From NCBI RefSeq assembly GCF_009914755.1, contig NC_060928.1: a stretch of 64,000 nucleotides of DNA; one strand, 5' to 3'. Position numbers and translations under genes: made by a program. Under the pieces are notes generated by a model, which was given only the letters and a program-made list of their open reading frames with translations, was not told where the DNA came from and made no database searches. The stretch comes from the human T2T-CHM13v2.0 reference genome, Homo sapiens. Position 1 is the stretch's first letter; each line of letters starts with the position of its first letter. This document shows positions 12,912 to 26,020 of the stretch, piece by piece.

Positions 12912-13585
12912 CACAAGTATTAGTAAACTTCCTATGTAAAGGGAGAGAGAGTAACTACTTTAGGATTTGTGGGCCACAACTACTTTAGGCTTTGTGGACC
13001 ATCTATTACAAATATTCAACTCTGTCACTGTGCAAAAGCAGCTACAGACAATATGTAAACCAAAGCATAAATAAATGAGTATGACTATGTTCCAACAATG
13101 ATTTGTGGGCAGTAGAATTTGAATTTCATATAATATTCACATATTATTATTATTATTTTGATTTTTTTTGTGTCTTTCTTTTTTTTTTTTTTTGAGACAG
13201 AGGCTTGCTCTGTTGCCCAGGCTAGAGTGAAGTGGCATGATCTTGGCTCACTGCAAGCTCTGCCTCCCGGGTTCACTCCATTCTCCTGCCTCAGCCTCCC
13301 AAGTAGCTAGGACTACAGGCGCCCACCACCAAGCCTGGCTAATTTTTTGTATTTTTAGGAGAGATGGGGTTTCACTGTGTTAGCCAGGACGATCTCGATC
13401 CTCTGACCTCGTGATCTGCCTGCCTCAGCCTCCCAAAGTGATGGGATTACAGGCTTGAACCACTGCACCCGGCCTATTTTGGTTTTTTTAAGCACTTAAA
13501 AAAGTAAAAATCATTTGTAACTTGTAAGGTATACAAAACCAGGGGGCCGGCCATTCACAGGCTATAGTTTGCTTGGCCTCTGTAT
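12912..13585. mobile_element. MER58-type hAT DNA transposon interrupted by an Alu
   Basis: gtaaacttcctatgtaaaggg...ttaggctttgtggacca...caactctgtcactgtgcaaaagcagctacagacaatatgtaaa; resumes after 13474. Confidence 0.7.
13178..13474 (-). mobile_element. AluY
   Basis: Full dimer with AluY diagnostics (gcaagctc, ccattctcc, gtgttagccagg). Confidence 0.92.
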
Positions 13586-13745
13586 TAGCATAACTAGAAT
13601 CTCTGGATATGAAACCCAATCATCAGTGCTACATAGATTCCCTGAGAAAATTCCAACCTTCAGTCAAGATGGTGCATTCCTCTACTAATGGGTTATGAAA
13701 TCAGTCCAGTGGGTTGTCACTGGCACTAAAAAATTAAGTTGTATT

Positions 13746-14039
<294 letters not shown>

Positions 14040-14657
14040 TTAAGTTGTATAAAACAGGAGAGAATATATCAAAGTACATCACACAGAATAAGGGAAGGTA
14101 TTATTTTGTGGAATTTTATTTCAGACAAGTGTGTGTGTGAGCCTGTGTGCTGTGAGTTGTAGTGCACATTAACTATGTCTCAATAATACTTGATTATGTT
14201 TTGAGCCTGATGAACCTGGTTATACCCTATCTGAATACCTGGCTGCCAGATCAATAGCATATGAAATACCAGAAATGCACTCACCGCCTGCACAAGCCAT
14301 TGACCAGTGGCTCATGCACACCTTTATCCAGCTTATCTAGCTCCAGAAAGCACTTAGACTTTCTATGTGTGCTGCACCACTAAAATGGGAATTCTGAGAG
14401 AGAATGCTTTCAAAAACATAAAGTTAGCTAATGGGACAATTACACGTAGGCTATATACTTTAGAAACACATGAAAGGATAAGGGCAAATAAAACATAATT
14501 TATATATCAAAAGAGCAGAAACAAGGAATCATAAAATATGAAATAGGATAACAGAAATAAGATACTAAATGTCAGTTGTGAATTAATGAATGCATATGGA
14601 TTGTGGTTTTGTATTAAAAGACAGAAACTTTTAGATTGAGTCAAAAGAGATAGGTTA

Positions 14658-14958
<301 letters not shown>

Positions 14959-16009
14959 CATATAAAACTAAACAGGAATAACCGTATTAATCTTAGGCAA
15001 AGTAGAATTAAGAGCAAAGACATTACAAACAATGAAAAAGATTTACTTGTGTCATTAAGCAATATATTTCACAGTGATTCTTAAGTAATTATGGACCATT
15101 ATAGCCCAATAATATAGCAACGAGAAACATAAAGCAGAATAAGAAATTGGCAAAAATACAATACCATTGAGAAATTTTAAGTTTTCTCCAATTGTGATAG
15201 ATCAAGAAAGCAAAAAAACAAATACAGAAAGTATCTGAAATATATCTGCTTGCAATCACAAGGTATTGATTTATATGATTTTTGCTAACGAATCAATGAG
15301 GACAGATTTTATTAGGCATTCCCACATTCCCATACACTCATTTTGAAAGAACATTTCTGTATTTCCTGATACAATGTTTTTGAAGTCTGAATCTAGCAGA
15401 ATAGTTCAGGAAAGGTAGCAAGGGGAGAACTTTTGTGGTCTTTTTCCTAGCAAAATGCAATTTCAGTGCCATGATCTCTATTCTCAGTTGCCTCAAATAG
15501 CTGTACTATTCATGTTTTATGTTTTGTATTTATTTCCTTCTATTTTGGCTTTTAAAAATATAGTGATGACTGGGAAATAAGTGATAACATCAAAAGGAGG
15601 CCTCCAGGATTTAAAAACATTTTCTATAGCCCATATAAAAAGGAGCAAAAGGCTAACATAACAGCCACACAGTTAGAGTTCCTTAGCTGCACCACGTGAG
15701 GAAGACAGACCGTCAACCTTCATTAAAGTCTTCAGCTTGGTGAAAGCACAGGCAGAACACTGAGTGACAATGTTGTAAGAGTAAAGGAGCCAATCCAGGA
15801 ACATCACTAGGTATGGTACAGGCAACATGACATATTCTCTAAGTGCACAGATTCTGCAGTGGAACTGCCTAGGCTCAAACTAATTCCTCTAGCAACTACC
15901 TGAGACCTTGCAAAATTTACTTAATCTCTATATTTTTGTTCCATCATTATACATGGATTAGTCTCTACCTTATAGAGTTATTGAACAGGTTAAGTTAAAA
16001 TGCACATAA

Positions 16010-17562
16010 TTATTTTTTTGCAAGAATGGAAAACCTAATCCTAAAATTTCTATGAAATTGTTAGGGATCTAAATAGGCAAAACAATCTTGAAGAACAAAG
16101 TTTGGTGAATCACACTTCATGAATTAAAAACGTATAACCAAGTAACAGCAATAAAAACTGTGTGATTTTGCCCCAAGAACAGACATATTCTTAGGATAGA
16201 ATTGAGACTCCAGAAATAAACTCATATATCCATGGCCAATTAACTTTCAAGAAGGGTGTCAAGACCATTCAATGGGCAAAGGATAGTCTCTTCAACAAAT
16301 GGTGCTGGGACAGCTGCAAAATAATAAAGGTGGACTCTTATCATACATCATATAGAAAAATTAACTGATAATAAACCAAAGATCTAAATATAAGAGAAGA
16401 AATACAAAACTCTTAGAAGAAAACATAGGGAGAAATTTTTATGACTTTAAATTTGGCAATTATTTTTAGATATGATATCAAAAGCGTAAGCAGCAAAAGA
16501 AAAAAAAATAAATTGGACTTGAAAATGAAAAACATTTGTGCATCAAAGGACACTATCAAAAGTAAAAACAAAAATCTACAGAATGAAGGAAAAGATTTGC
16601 AAATAGTATATCTGATAAGACTCTTTATCCAGAACATAGAAAGAACTCTTACAACTTAGCAACACAAAAAGAAAAATAGATTGAAAAATGGGTGAAGGAC
16701 TAGTATCAACATTTCTCCAAAGATATGCAAAATGCAGTTACCAACAATTACATGAGAAGATTCTCAGCGTCATTAGTTATTAGGAAAATGCAAGAAACCA
16801 CAGTGAAAAACCATTTCATACCCTCTGAAATGGCTATAATTAAAAAAATGAAAAAGTACAATTTCTGGCAAGATTGTGGAGAAATTGGCACCTCATACAC
16901 CCTGGTGAAAAGGTCAAAAGGTGCAGCTCCTGTGGAAAAGAGTTGAGCAGTTCCTTAGTAAGTTAAACATAAAATTACTATGACCCAGCAATTCTACCCC
17001 TATACATCTTTGAGTATTAAAAGTGGGTTCAAACAAAACTAGTACAGGAATATTTATAGCAGCACTATTCACAATAGCCAAAAGGTGGAAACAACACAAA
17101 TTTTAATCAAATGATGGATCGATAAGCAAAATGTGATATGCCAACCCAAATTTTAATCAAATGATGGGTGGATAAACAAAATGAGATATACCAACACAAT
17201 TATAAAAGGAATGAAATACTGATACATGCTACAATATGGATGAACTTTAAACACATTATTTTAAGTGAAAGAGGACATACACAAAAGGCTACCTATTATA
17301 TGATTCCATTTATATGAAATATCTACAATGGGTATATCTGTAGATGTAGAAAACAAATTAGTGGTTTCCAGGGGCTGGAGGAATTGGAAGTGGCTGCTAA
17401 TGGGTAAGAGGTTTCCTTTTGGAGTGATGAAAATGTTCTGGAGCTACATAATGGTGATGGGTGTGCATCATTTTGACTGCATTAAATGCTACCCATTGTA
17501 CACTTTAAAATGGTTCAAATGGTAAATTTATATTATGTGTATTTTACTACAATTTTAAAAAT
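16010..17562 (+). mobile_element. L1MB-type 3' fragment inserted into a MIR (MIR halves ~15810-16010 and 17563-17635)
   Basis: Degenerate ORF2 C-terminus and L1MB 3'UTR (ttttggagtgatgaaaatgttctggagc...). Confidence 0.82.
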
Positions 17563-19039
17563 TAAGTGTATGTAAATTGCTTAGAACAGTGCACGGCACA
17601 AAGTAAGTGCTATTATCAGTGTTGGTTATTATTATTCAGAACCTGCCTCTGTATGGAACCTAACCTGCTGTATATAAATCTAGGGATGGAAATACCAAAG
17701 TTGATCAAATAGCTGTTTATAGAACTTTGTACACTACAAACAAAGATGACATCATTTTTCCCGTGCTTACATATAATAATTTGGGTTAGACAGAAATTCT
17801 TAATACATATCACAAATAAATTGTATAGTCATAGTCTATGACCAACGTACAAAAATTAAAGACTTCTTAGAAAGCAGAGATTGTGTTTGTTCGGTTTACT
17901 TTTTAAAATATATTAAAACTTGTCCTGATTAGATTATATGGTTCTCTTTGCAGAAAATTTAGAAAGTATTTAAAATGAGAAAAAAAAACCTTGCAATCCC
18001 AACACTCAGAGATAAACCTGGAATTTTTTTTCAACATTTTTGCTTTAGTTTTAGTTTAGTTCATTTATCACAGAAAACTACACAGATAGGTACTTACTAA
18101 AGATGTGGATATGATAATAATGGCTGGAAATCTATGATGTAAAAATGTAGGTCCAGCCTGATTTTGTCAGCACCATGTAAGTAGGATTGGGTTTTTTTTG
18201 AGTAAAAGATATTACATTTGCAGTTGATGTCAAAATATAATCTATAAAGATAACTTGGGGAAATTCCCCAAAAGTATACTTCTCAAATAGTCTCACAGAT
18301 GTTTTGAATAATCTTCTAGAAACCAAGGTGAAAAGAAATTTATCACAAGAATGTGAAGCTAAATTTCCTAATTTAAAATCACTACAAAGTAAGTTTGAGA
18401 TACCATCCCTACTTTCCCCTCTATTCAGACCTTTTCTGCAAAGGAGTTCACAGTGGGTGTCTGTTTCTTTCTAAAAACCCTATTTCACACCATGCTAAAG
18501 ATGTTTATAGGTTTTGCAACTAGTCCAGCTCATCTCAGGCTGAATTTTGGGGATTCATTGGGGTTTACAGATGAAAAATGCTTGTAGATACCATCTACTC
18601 GGCGCTTTATTGAATAGGCACAAGAAAACTGAGGCCCACGGGTGTTAAATGATTTTTCATGGCTAAACTAGTCTGCCGCAGAATTCTGGTCATTTGTCAT
18701 TTGTCATTTTGAGTAGTTGATATTGACTGCCTACTATGTGGCTGACAATGTGTGGGACACATAAGCGAAGACACAGGTTTTGCTTTTAAAGAATTTATAG
18801 TCATGTATTCCCTGGCATACAGTTCCTGTAACTCTTTCCTGTGCCAATTAAATAGCAGCTAGCAAGGCTCTCTTCTTGGATCCCTGAAAAAAAAAAAAAA
18901 AAGAGATGCCTTGTTTCTTCACTTAACATGTGCTTCTCAGACTGATGTACTTGCAGGGGTATGAGTCAGATGCACAGGGTAATAATGATCTGTCTATGCG
19001 GAGCACTCACTGTGTCTAACCAGATGAAAACAAATATTT

Positions 19040-19213
19040 CCTCTTTCCTTTCCTCCTCCCCTTCCTCCTGTCTCTTCCCTTCCCTTCTCTCTTCTCCCTT
19101 CTTGCCTCCCTCCCTCTCTCCCTCCTCTCTTCTTTCCTTCCCTTTTTCCTTTTCTTTCTTCCTTCCTCTCCCTCTCTGCTTCTCTCTCCTTCTCCCTCCC
19201 TTCACCTCCTTCC
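19040..19213. repeat. CT-rich polypyrimidine/polypurine low-complexity tract
   Basis: ~170 bp of almost pure C/T on the plus strand. Confidence 0.9.
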
Positions 19214-20799
19214 TTGCTTATTCAACCAATATGCTACTATAAATACCAATCGGGAACTGTGCTAGATTCTGGGGATACACGGATGAATAAAGTAGGCATG
19301 ATGATATCATACCAGTGCCTTTGTTTCCTCCAATTAAATTAGTATATTATGACCTAGAATGCAAATTTTGTATGAATTTTTAAGTAAACACAAAAAGCTT
19401 TTGGAGACTCCTGGTTTATGCCATAATTTCCTAGTCGAAGTGATATTGTATTGTATTTTCAAATTGGTTCTTAGCTTCAGAATCTGATTTTCAGATAAAA
19501 GCTCCAGCTTTTCCTTGAAAACACTAACTTACCTGCTGTTTCAGAATTTTTGCTCTTGCTCTTCCCTCTGCCTTCTGTCCTCTTTTCCCAGAATTTTCAG
19601 GGTTGGCTCCGTCTCCTTGTTCCACATTTAGCATAAATGTCATCTACTCAGAAAATAACTCCCTGCTACCCTTTTCTTAAGCAGCTTTCGGCATTCATGT
19701 TTATCATCTTACCTGGTTTTATATGCTTTGTATTAGTTTTGACTGTTTTTATCTTATTTTAATAAGATAGTTGTTGTTCCATTTATTATCTGCGTTCCCT
19801 CCCATCATCCACTGCGCCTACCCTCCGTGTATCCTCCATGGGAGCCCATTTTTCTTCCTGCCCTGGGCTCAGTGTCTGGTTCACAATCTGACATGTAATG
19901 ACTGAATCATCAAATGAGTGCAGGAATTCAGGGACTGGGAATCAAGTCATATTAGAAAAAATGGATTCTCCATTTGGAAGGAGATCTCTGGTAAGTTTAG
20001 AATTAGAAATATTGGCTTTATTCTTAAGATTCCTGGAGAAAGCAAGGCAATCATCTTTTTTTTTATAGCAACATAAAAGAAAAAGAAAAAGACTTCACCA
20101 TGTTTACTCTTCAGCTAATCAGTATGGGGGAAAAACTTGATCTTACACCTTTCTGTTATACTATAAAGTAGCCACATCAAGAGAGTTTCCTTGGAGGGTT
20201 TCTGAAGCTACAAAGATGATAACAGCTTGGGTACTGGAGACCATTGTAGCTTTCAGGGTCATCTTGCCCCAGTGACCAAGTGCCATTTAAGGCTTTAATA
20301 CACTATCTGCTTGTGTAGTTGTAGAAATTTAAAAAAAAAAATCATTTCTTTGCCAGGAACCCTTTCCAAATTTGGGGCACTTGTAAGTCACACAGAGTTT
20401 TCCCAAATGCTGGGCACACCCCCAGTAGAGTATGCAGTGTCTAATTTTGCTTGAGTTACATCCAGTTTGGTTTGCCCCATGGAGCAACACAAAGAATACA
20501 TCTTTTTTTCTGTGTAATAGCACTTCAAATATATGAATATATATACAAATATTACACTACATCCCTTTCATTTGTTTTCTTTTCTTCAAACTAAACGTTT
20601 TCATACTTTTCTGCTTAAAAAATTAGAGTAGCTATGTTTGTTTTCTGTTTTCTTTCTGTAATTTTCTTTTCTCTCTGACTTTTCAGAAATCACCAATCAC
20701 ATACGTAGGTTTGTTCCCTAGTCTGTAACTATTGATAGCTACTGCTTATTTTAATAATATATTATTAATACTTTTTAATCATGATAGTTAATTCTAATC

Positions 20800-21060
20800 A
20801 CAGAAAATGCATAGTAATCTTAACATTTTACTTTGTTTCAGGCATCAGTAAGTGTATTCCATTAAATATTTTGTTTAATCTTTATGCAATTATTATGAGG
20901 TAAGTACCAACACTGCCTGCATTTTAAAGACGAGGACACATAAAAATGTGGGCACATAATTTGCCTTAATGTTCCCCAGCCTTGAGAAGTAAAAGTAGAT
21001 TTGAACCCAGTTCTGTCTGTTCCTCATGCCTGTGCTCTTAACTATTGCACTATTTTATCC
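20800..21060 (-). mobile_element. MIR
   Basis: ttatgaggtaagtacc...cattttaaagacgagga...atttgaacccagttctgtctg. Confidence 0.65.
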
Positions 21061-21971
21061 TCCCCTAGGGTATCTTAGAAAATGCTGATCTCTCCTCCCT
21101 GTGTGCTACAGAGTGCTCAGTAGCTCCTTGATACTTGCTCTCACTTGGGATACAGCAATGTCTAATAGACTCAGAATGTTTCAAGCAACTGCCTGCCCGC
21201 TGTGTGCTGGGCACTAGTATTGCTAACACATAAGCACTGCACTTGAGAGGATGTTTAACTATAATATTCTCAGAAAGAGGCCAAAATCATGTTAATTTAA
21301 GACACTAAATTAATAATTAAATTTAAACTAAGTTAAATTCAAATTATTGAATTAATACAATTTAATAATAACCCTATGATATTTCTTTATTTTAATGGAT
21401 TTAAATTTCTCCTAAAATTCACAGGATACCTAAGCCAGTAAGAGTTGTTTTTGTTTTTTTTCTTCCTATGTGACACTTTAGTAATGGACCCACAGAGAAG
21501 CGAACAACTCCCCACGGTTTCAGTGTTCATGCTTTTGGCTTCTCGCCATTTGGCAGAAATAGGAAATTATACCTTTTGAAAACTAAAAGCCATATAGCTA
21601 CCAACATCTTCGTTAATAACTCTTTAGTTTGGAAATGAATCTCCTTATAACTCAAACAAAGCAATACATTTATTCACAGAGAGGTATTTCTCATAGCATT
21701 TGATAAAATTATTTTAATTCTAGCTAGACTTAGAATTGAAGTAAGCTTCTCATACTAGAAAACTGGATTTGGCCATAAATACTGGGCTCCCTTGTGCCAT
21801 TTCCCCCACATTGGTAGCTGAGTTCCAGTAAAATCCATCCACCAGACTGGAAGAGGAAATACTACTCATTTATTGATTTAAATAAGATAGAACTAAAATA
21901 GGGTAGTTCATATTTTATTCTATGATCTCATACCCAATATAACAGAACCAAGATGAAATAAAATCACTTAC

Positions 21972-22008
21972 CTGACAATAGTAATACAAAGATTATTTTT
22001 CCATACAT
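21972..22008 (-). CDS. GYPA: Glycophorin A exon 1 coding part (37 bp; signal peptide MYGKIIFVLLLS)
   Basis: Minus strand ATGTATGGAAAAATAATCTTTGTATTACTATTGTCAG|gtaagt; splices in frame to exon 2. Confidence 0.98.
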
Positions 22009-22063
22009 CCTGAGATCATGAGCTGGTTCCTGAAGTTAGTGCAAAAAACTACCAAAGACAACT
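22009..22063 (-). other. GYPA: GYPA 5' UTR (TSS approximate)
   Basis: AGTTGTCTTTGGTAGTTTTTTGCACTAACTTCAGGAACCAGCTCATGATCTCAGG precedes the ATG. TSS placed from recalled GYPA mRNA 5' end and the GATA site ~36-41 bp upstream. Confidence 0.75.
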
Positions 22064-22094
22064 GCAAGTGTCAGTGTCTGACCTTAGCCTGCTA

Positions 22095-22145
22095 GCTGTT
22101 ATCTTCCAGGCCCACCTTCCTGCGGCCATCATCAGCTGATAGGCA
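22095..22145 (-). promoter_or_regulatory. GYPA: TATA-less erythroid promoter of GYPA: GATA, Sp1/CACC-like box, overlapping E-box/GATA
   Basis: TTATCT 22099-22104, GGCCCACC 22109-22116, CAGCTG 22133-22138 overlapping TGATAG 22137-22142. Matches the known GATA1/Sp1/TAL1(SCL) architecture of glycophorin promoters. Confidence 0.9.
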
Positions 22146-24494
22146 GGGGAGGCATTTTAAATGATGCAAGTTGTTAAGCGCCTGTTAATAAAGATACATG
22201 GATATCTTGGGGCTATGAAAGTGGTAAGTAAAATTTTCACTGCAAGGAACAGGTTGCTACTTGTGATATTAACTTTGCATCAGTTAAGTGGGCATGGTAA
22301 GTGGTAGACAGGAGCCACCCAACTGGACAAAGAACTGGACTGTGAATCTCTGAGGCCAGGGCACGTGCCAGGCTGAGGTAGCTGTTGTGGAGCCATGGAC
22401 CTTCTCATTTCTAATGTCAAGACCCAGTGGTCCAAATGAAAGTGACTTCCTATATGTGAAATGAATGTATTTGAGAAATTTAAATCATTTGAGTGTTCTG
22501 AGGTTCTGAAAGACTCCCAAACTCATGGTGAGCCACACAGCAATGTAAGAGACATGAGATGCAACAGATCTTTCAGTGAAAAGAGAGTTTGAACTGAAGA
22601 GCTAGTACTGCGCAGCTATGAAACCAGTGAGCTGTTTCTGTCTGAAATATACCTTGCTAAGTAAGCATAAATGAATACCAAGACAATAAATGCAAACAGT
22701 CAGAAACAAAACCCAACAAACCAAAAACCTTATCATTAAAGTAGGTTAAAATGAAAGGTATGAAAATGCGAGGAAGCTCAATTTTAAAGGCAGACAGAAC
22801 AAAAAATATAAATTAGGTCTGAAATGGTTCAACAGAAGGTGACTGGATACTCCATCTAAATCATCTTACTTCCTGTAAGATTTTTGTGAAAGTCTTTCCT
22901 GCCTGACCCAGAAAATCAATTTGCTATGTGAGCAATTTGCCACATATAACATACATACATATTTACCCAAAGTGTGGTTTAAAAAAATCATTTATGAAGC
23001 TAATGTTTGCAGCTTCAGGAAACTGGGCGACAGAGAAAAAAAATTATTTACTGGAGAAAGATGGAGATAAGTATCAGCAGAGCATCCCAGAGAGGGAGGA
23101 GCCTGAGAATGAGGGACTAGTGGATGGAGGCAGCGGAGATGCAGACTTGGGGAGGATGGAAGAATGAATGACACAGAGGGGGTAATCTGAGCAGCAGGAC
23201 AAGAATCCAGAATGCCTCTTAAGGCCCTGCCAATTCATGTAAAACAACTGCAGCAAATTTTATTAAAAAGTTAAAATTAAACAATACATAATAAATTAAT
23301 ACCTTCTATAAATTCAGTGTTTGTTATGGCTGGATATCAGGTTGAGTTGCAGGAATTGTGCTCAAGAGTCAGCCAAGTAAAGGAAATGTTGTTGATATTC
23401 ATATAAGCAGTAAGAATTATTTCACACAATTTTATATTGACAAAGGGAGAGCGATTAGCATGAGTCTTAAAAATGCTATTTCTGAAAATGGGTAAATAAA
23501 TGTCACTATTCTTACGATGGACTATTAGAGCAACTATTAAAATCATGTTTTCAAAAATAAAGATATGGAGACTCAGGATAAAATGGATAAGTGGAAAACA
23601 GCAAGATCTGAAAATTGTATATACACAAATAAAATCCTATTGGATTCTTTTTTTCCTGGGTTGTGCTATCTTCACCTGGAATACACCTACTCTTTTAAGT
23701 GGCCTCCAATTCTGCTTGGGGTCTCAATTGAATAGTACTTCCTCCACAAAGCCTTCCCTGACTTCCTGTCTTTGTCAGGTGCCCCTGCTCTATACTTGTG
23801 TGGTTTCATCTTCTTCTCTTATCATAGGACTTATTACACTACATTGCAATCATTGTGTCTCTACTGGACTACAGTTTTTAAGTGGGCACACCCTATGACT
23901 ATTTTATTTACCAATGAGTGCTTGGGGCACACTTGACAATAAATATTTCTCAAATCAATAAATGACAAATAAATATTGCAGTGCAGAGGAAAGCAACTTC
24001 TCACAGGCAGTCCTGGGTGTATAGGCTGATCATTTTTTATATATCCTGCGGGTAACCTATGTCATGTCCTAGCTTCAGGTTCCCTCCAGTATGGAGGTCC
24101 ATTGCTAAGGCAGGAAGGGGAAAACGAAAAGGAAACTCAGCCTAAAATTCAGCTTTCATACCTCCTTCAGCCTGGACTGGTCAGAGTCTGAGAGTGCTTT
24201 CTCTTCCATGACCTCCCACTTTCCTTTCCTGCAGAATCACATCGTTAGCAATTCTCTAAACTCCTGTAGTGCTTACACATGCCTGTTTATTAACACCTGT
24301 CTCAGGTTGTTGTGAACAATCTGTTGCTTTGTATTTGTGGGTCCTGTCTCTGTTGTTCTGTTTCCAGCATCTGGCACAATGCCCTATAGAGTACCTGGCC
24401 CTATTAAAGTAAGTCAAAACCTGGAGGGTTCTCAATGAGGAAATCAGAGGTCAGATTCAGCACCTCACACAAGGTGTGAGGAAGCAGAGCCATA

Positions 24495-24511
24495 TAGTGC
24501 CCTCTAGTGGC
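24495..24511 (-). promoter_or_regulatory. Strong CTCF motif ~2.4 kb upstream of the GYPA TSS
   Basis: Minus strand GCCACTAGAGGGCACTA, a close match to the CTCF core. Binding not demonstrable from sequence. Confidence 0.7.
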
Positions 24512-25619
24512 GTATCTGCACAATGGAAGGAAAAAATGTGAGCCCTGAAAATGCAACAGAAAAAAATATACGTCAGATTACATATTTCTTTTTCAGGCAT
24601 TCCCTAATCTTCTTTAATTTTTTCAAAAATATTTTTACTGAAGTACACATTCAGAATTATCATAAAATTCTACCTATGAGCTATATCATGCAAATTATTA
24701 GATAAATCCACATCTTTTAAGAATTTTGACTCTTTGCATAAAATAAAACAAGTACTTTTGAGGCATTTGATCAAACATAAAAAACTTATCCAATTTTCTT
24801 GATACTACATGTCTTTAAGCTATTTTTTGAATTGCCTGAGTCATTTCTATGACGTAGTTAAGAAGGATGAAGTTCAATGTTATAATCAAGGAAAGGCAAC
24901 TTGGATCGATCAACACAAACTTATACCTTGCTTGTTTCATGACAGAGAACCATTCATTTTTGTCAATTACTTACCTCTCAACTATTTCAGGCTTAGATTA
25001 TTCCTGAAGATGGTTGCATGCTAGTCTGATCTGCCAGTGGAGAAGTGTGCTTTTCATGTTTTGCATGGAGGAGTGGAGAACAGGGGAGGGGCAGGAAAGT
25101 GGAGGCACAGTGGTTTATACTACTAGCCTCCGTGGTACCTCGTTGCCTTAGAATTGTCCAGCCTGCTTTGCCAGAGTAATCTAAGAACTTTCCCTGACCT
25201 TTGTTAGTTTATCATTTCAAAATTTTTTTAAATAAAAAAACAACTACAAGGTAAGATAAATCTAACGCTCAAAATAACCCTGTTAGAGAGACAGAACAGA
25301 TATTAGCATTCTTATTTTATATATGAGCAAACTATGGAATGGAAAAGAGATTATGGGTGTATTACCTGATTTGATTTGCCCTAAGTGTTTTTTAAACGTA
25401 TGGATTTAGCTGCCAACATTTAAAAAGAAGGTATATTTTAATTAAAATCAGGAATTGATTTAATTAAAAATTTGGCTCCTCTTACAGGAAGATCTGGCAA
25501 GAGTTAGCATGCAGGTCTACATTGTGACAATCCATGAGAGCTAAGGACTGGCTGTCTCTTGGGACAAATAGGCTTTCTTGAGTCTGGTAAGTGCTCCACC
25601 TGATGCTTGCTTCCATTTC

Positions 25620-26020
25620 TTAGATTAGGTTTTACTGTGGTAAGGCCTCAAAATCTCAGTGTCTTGCAGCAACACTGGTTCATTTCCTGCTCACATTACA
25701 TTTGGTCTATGATGGTGACAAGTTCCAGGATCAAGACTGAAGGAGCCACCTCCGTTTGGAATATGCTGTTCTTGTTGCAAACTGGGGGAAAAAGGCCAAA
25801 TAAGGAATGGCTTTTAATGCTTCCTCTCAGACATGGTATGTGTTATTTTTTTTTCTCACATTCTATTAACCAAAGTAAATCAGTGGCCAAGCTGACCTCA
25901 ATGGGACAAGTAAATATAATTCTTCCAAATGGAAGTCCTGCAAGTCATAGTTCAATGGTGAGGATATATAAAACACTTACAGGAAGGGCCCTAATAATTG
26001 GGAGCAAAAACGCAATCCAT
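25620..26020 (-). mobile_element. Old MLT1 (MaLR) LTR
   Basis: ttaggttttactgtggtaag...caaaatctcagtgtcttg...ttcctgctcacattaca...cacattctattaaccaaagtaaatca. Confidence 0.6.

Noticed and set aside
18961-19242. ORFs 18961..19242 (+) and 18966..19205 (-)
   Set aside because: Artefacts of the CT-rich low-complexity tract.
19525-19715. Two strong minus-strand donors (CAG|GTAAGT near 19532, CAG|GTAAGA near 19712) as cryptic GYPA exons
   Set aside because: Located in L2-like sequence with no convincing upstream polypyrimidine tract and AG.
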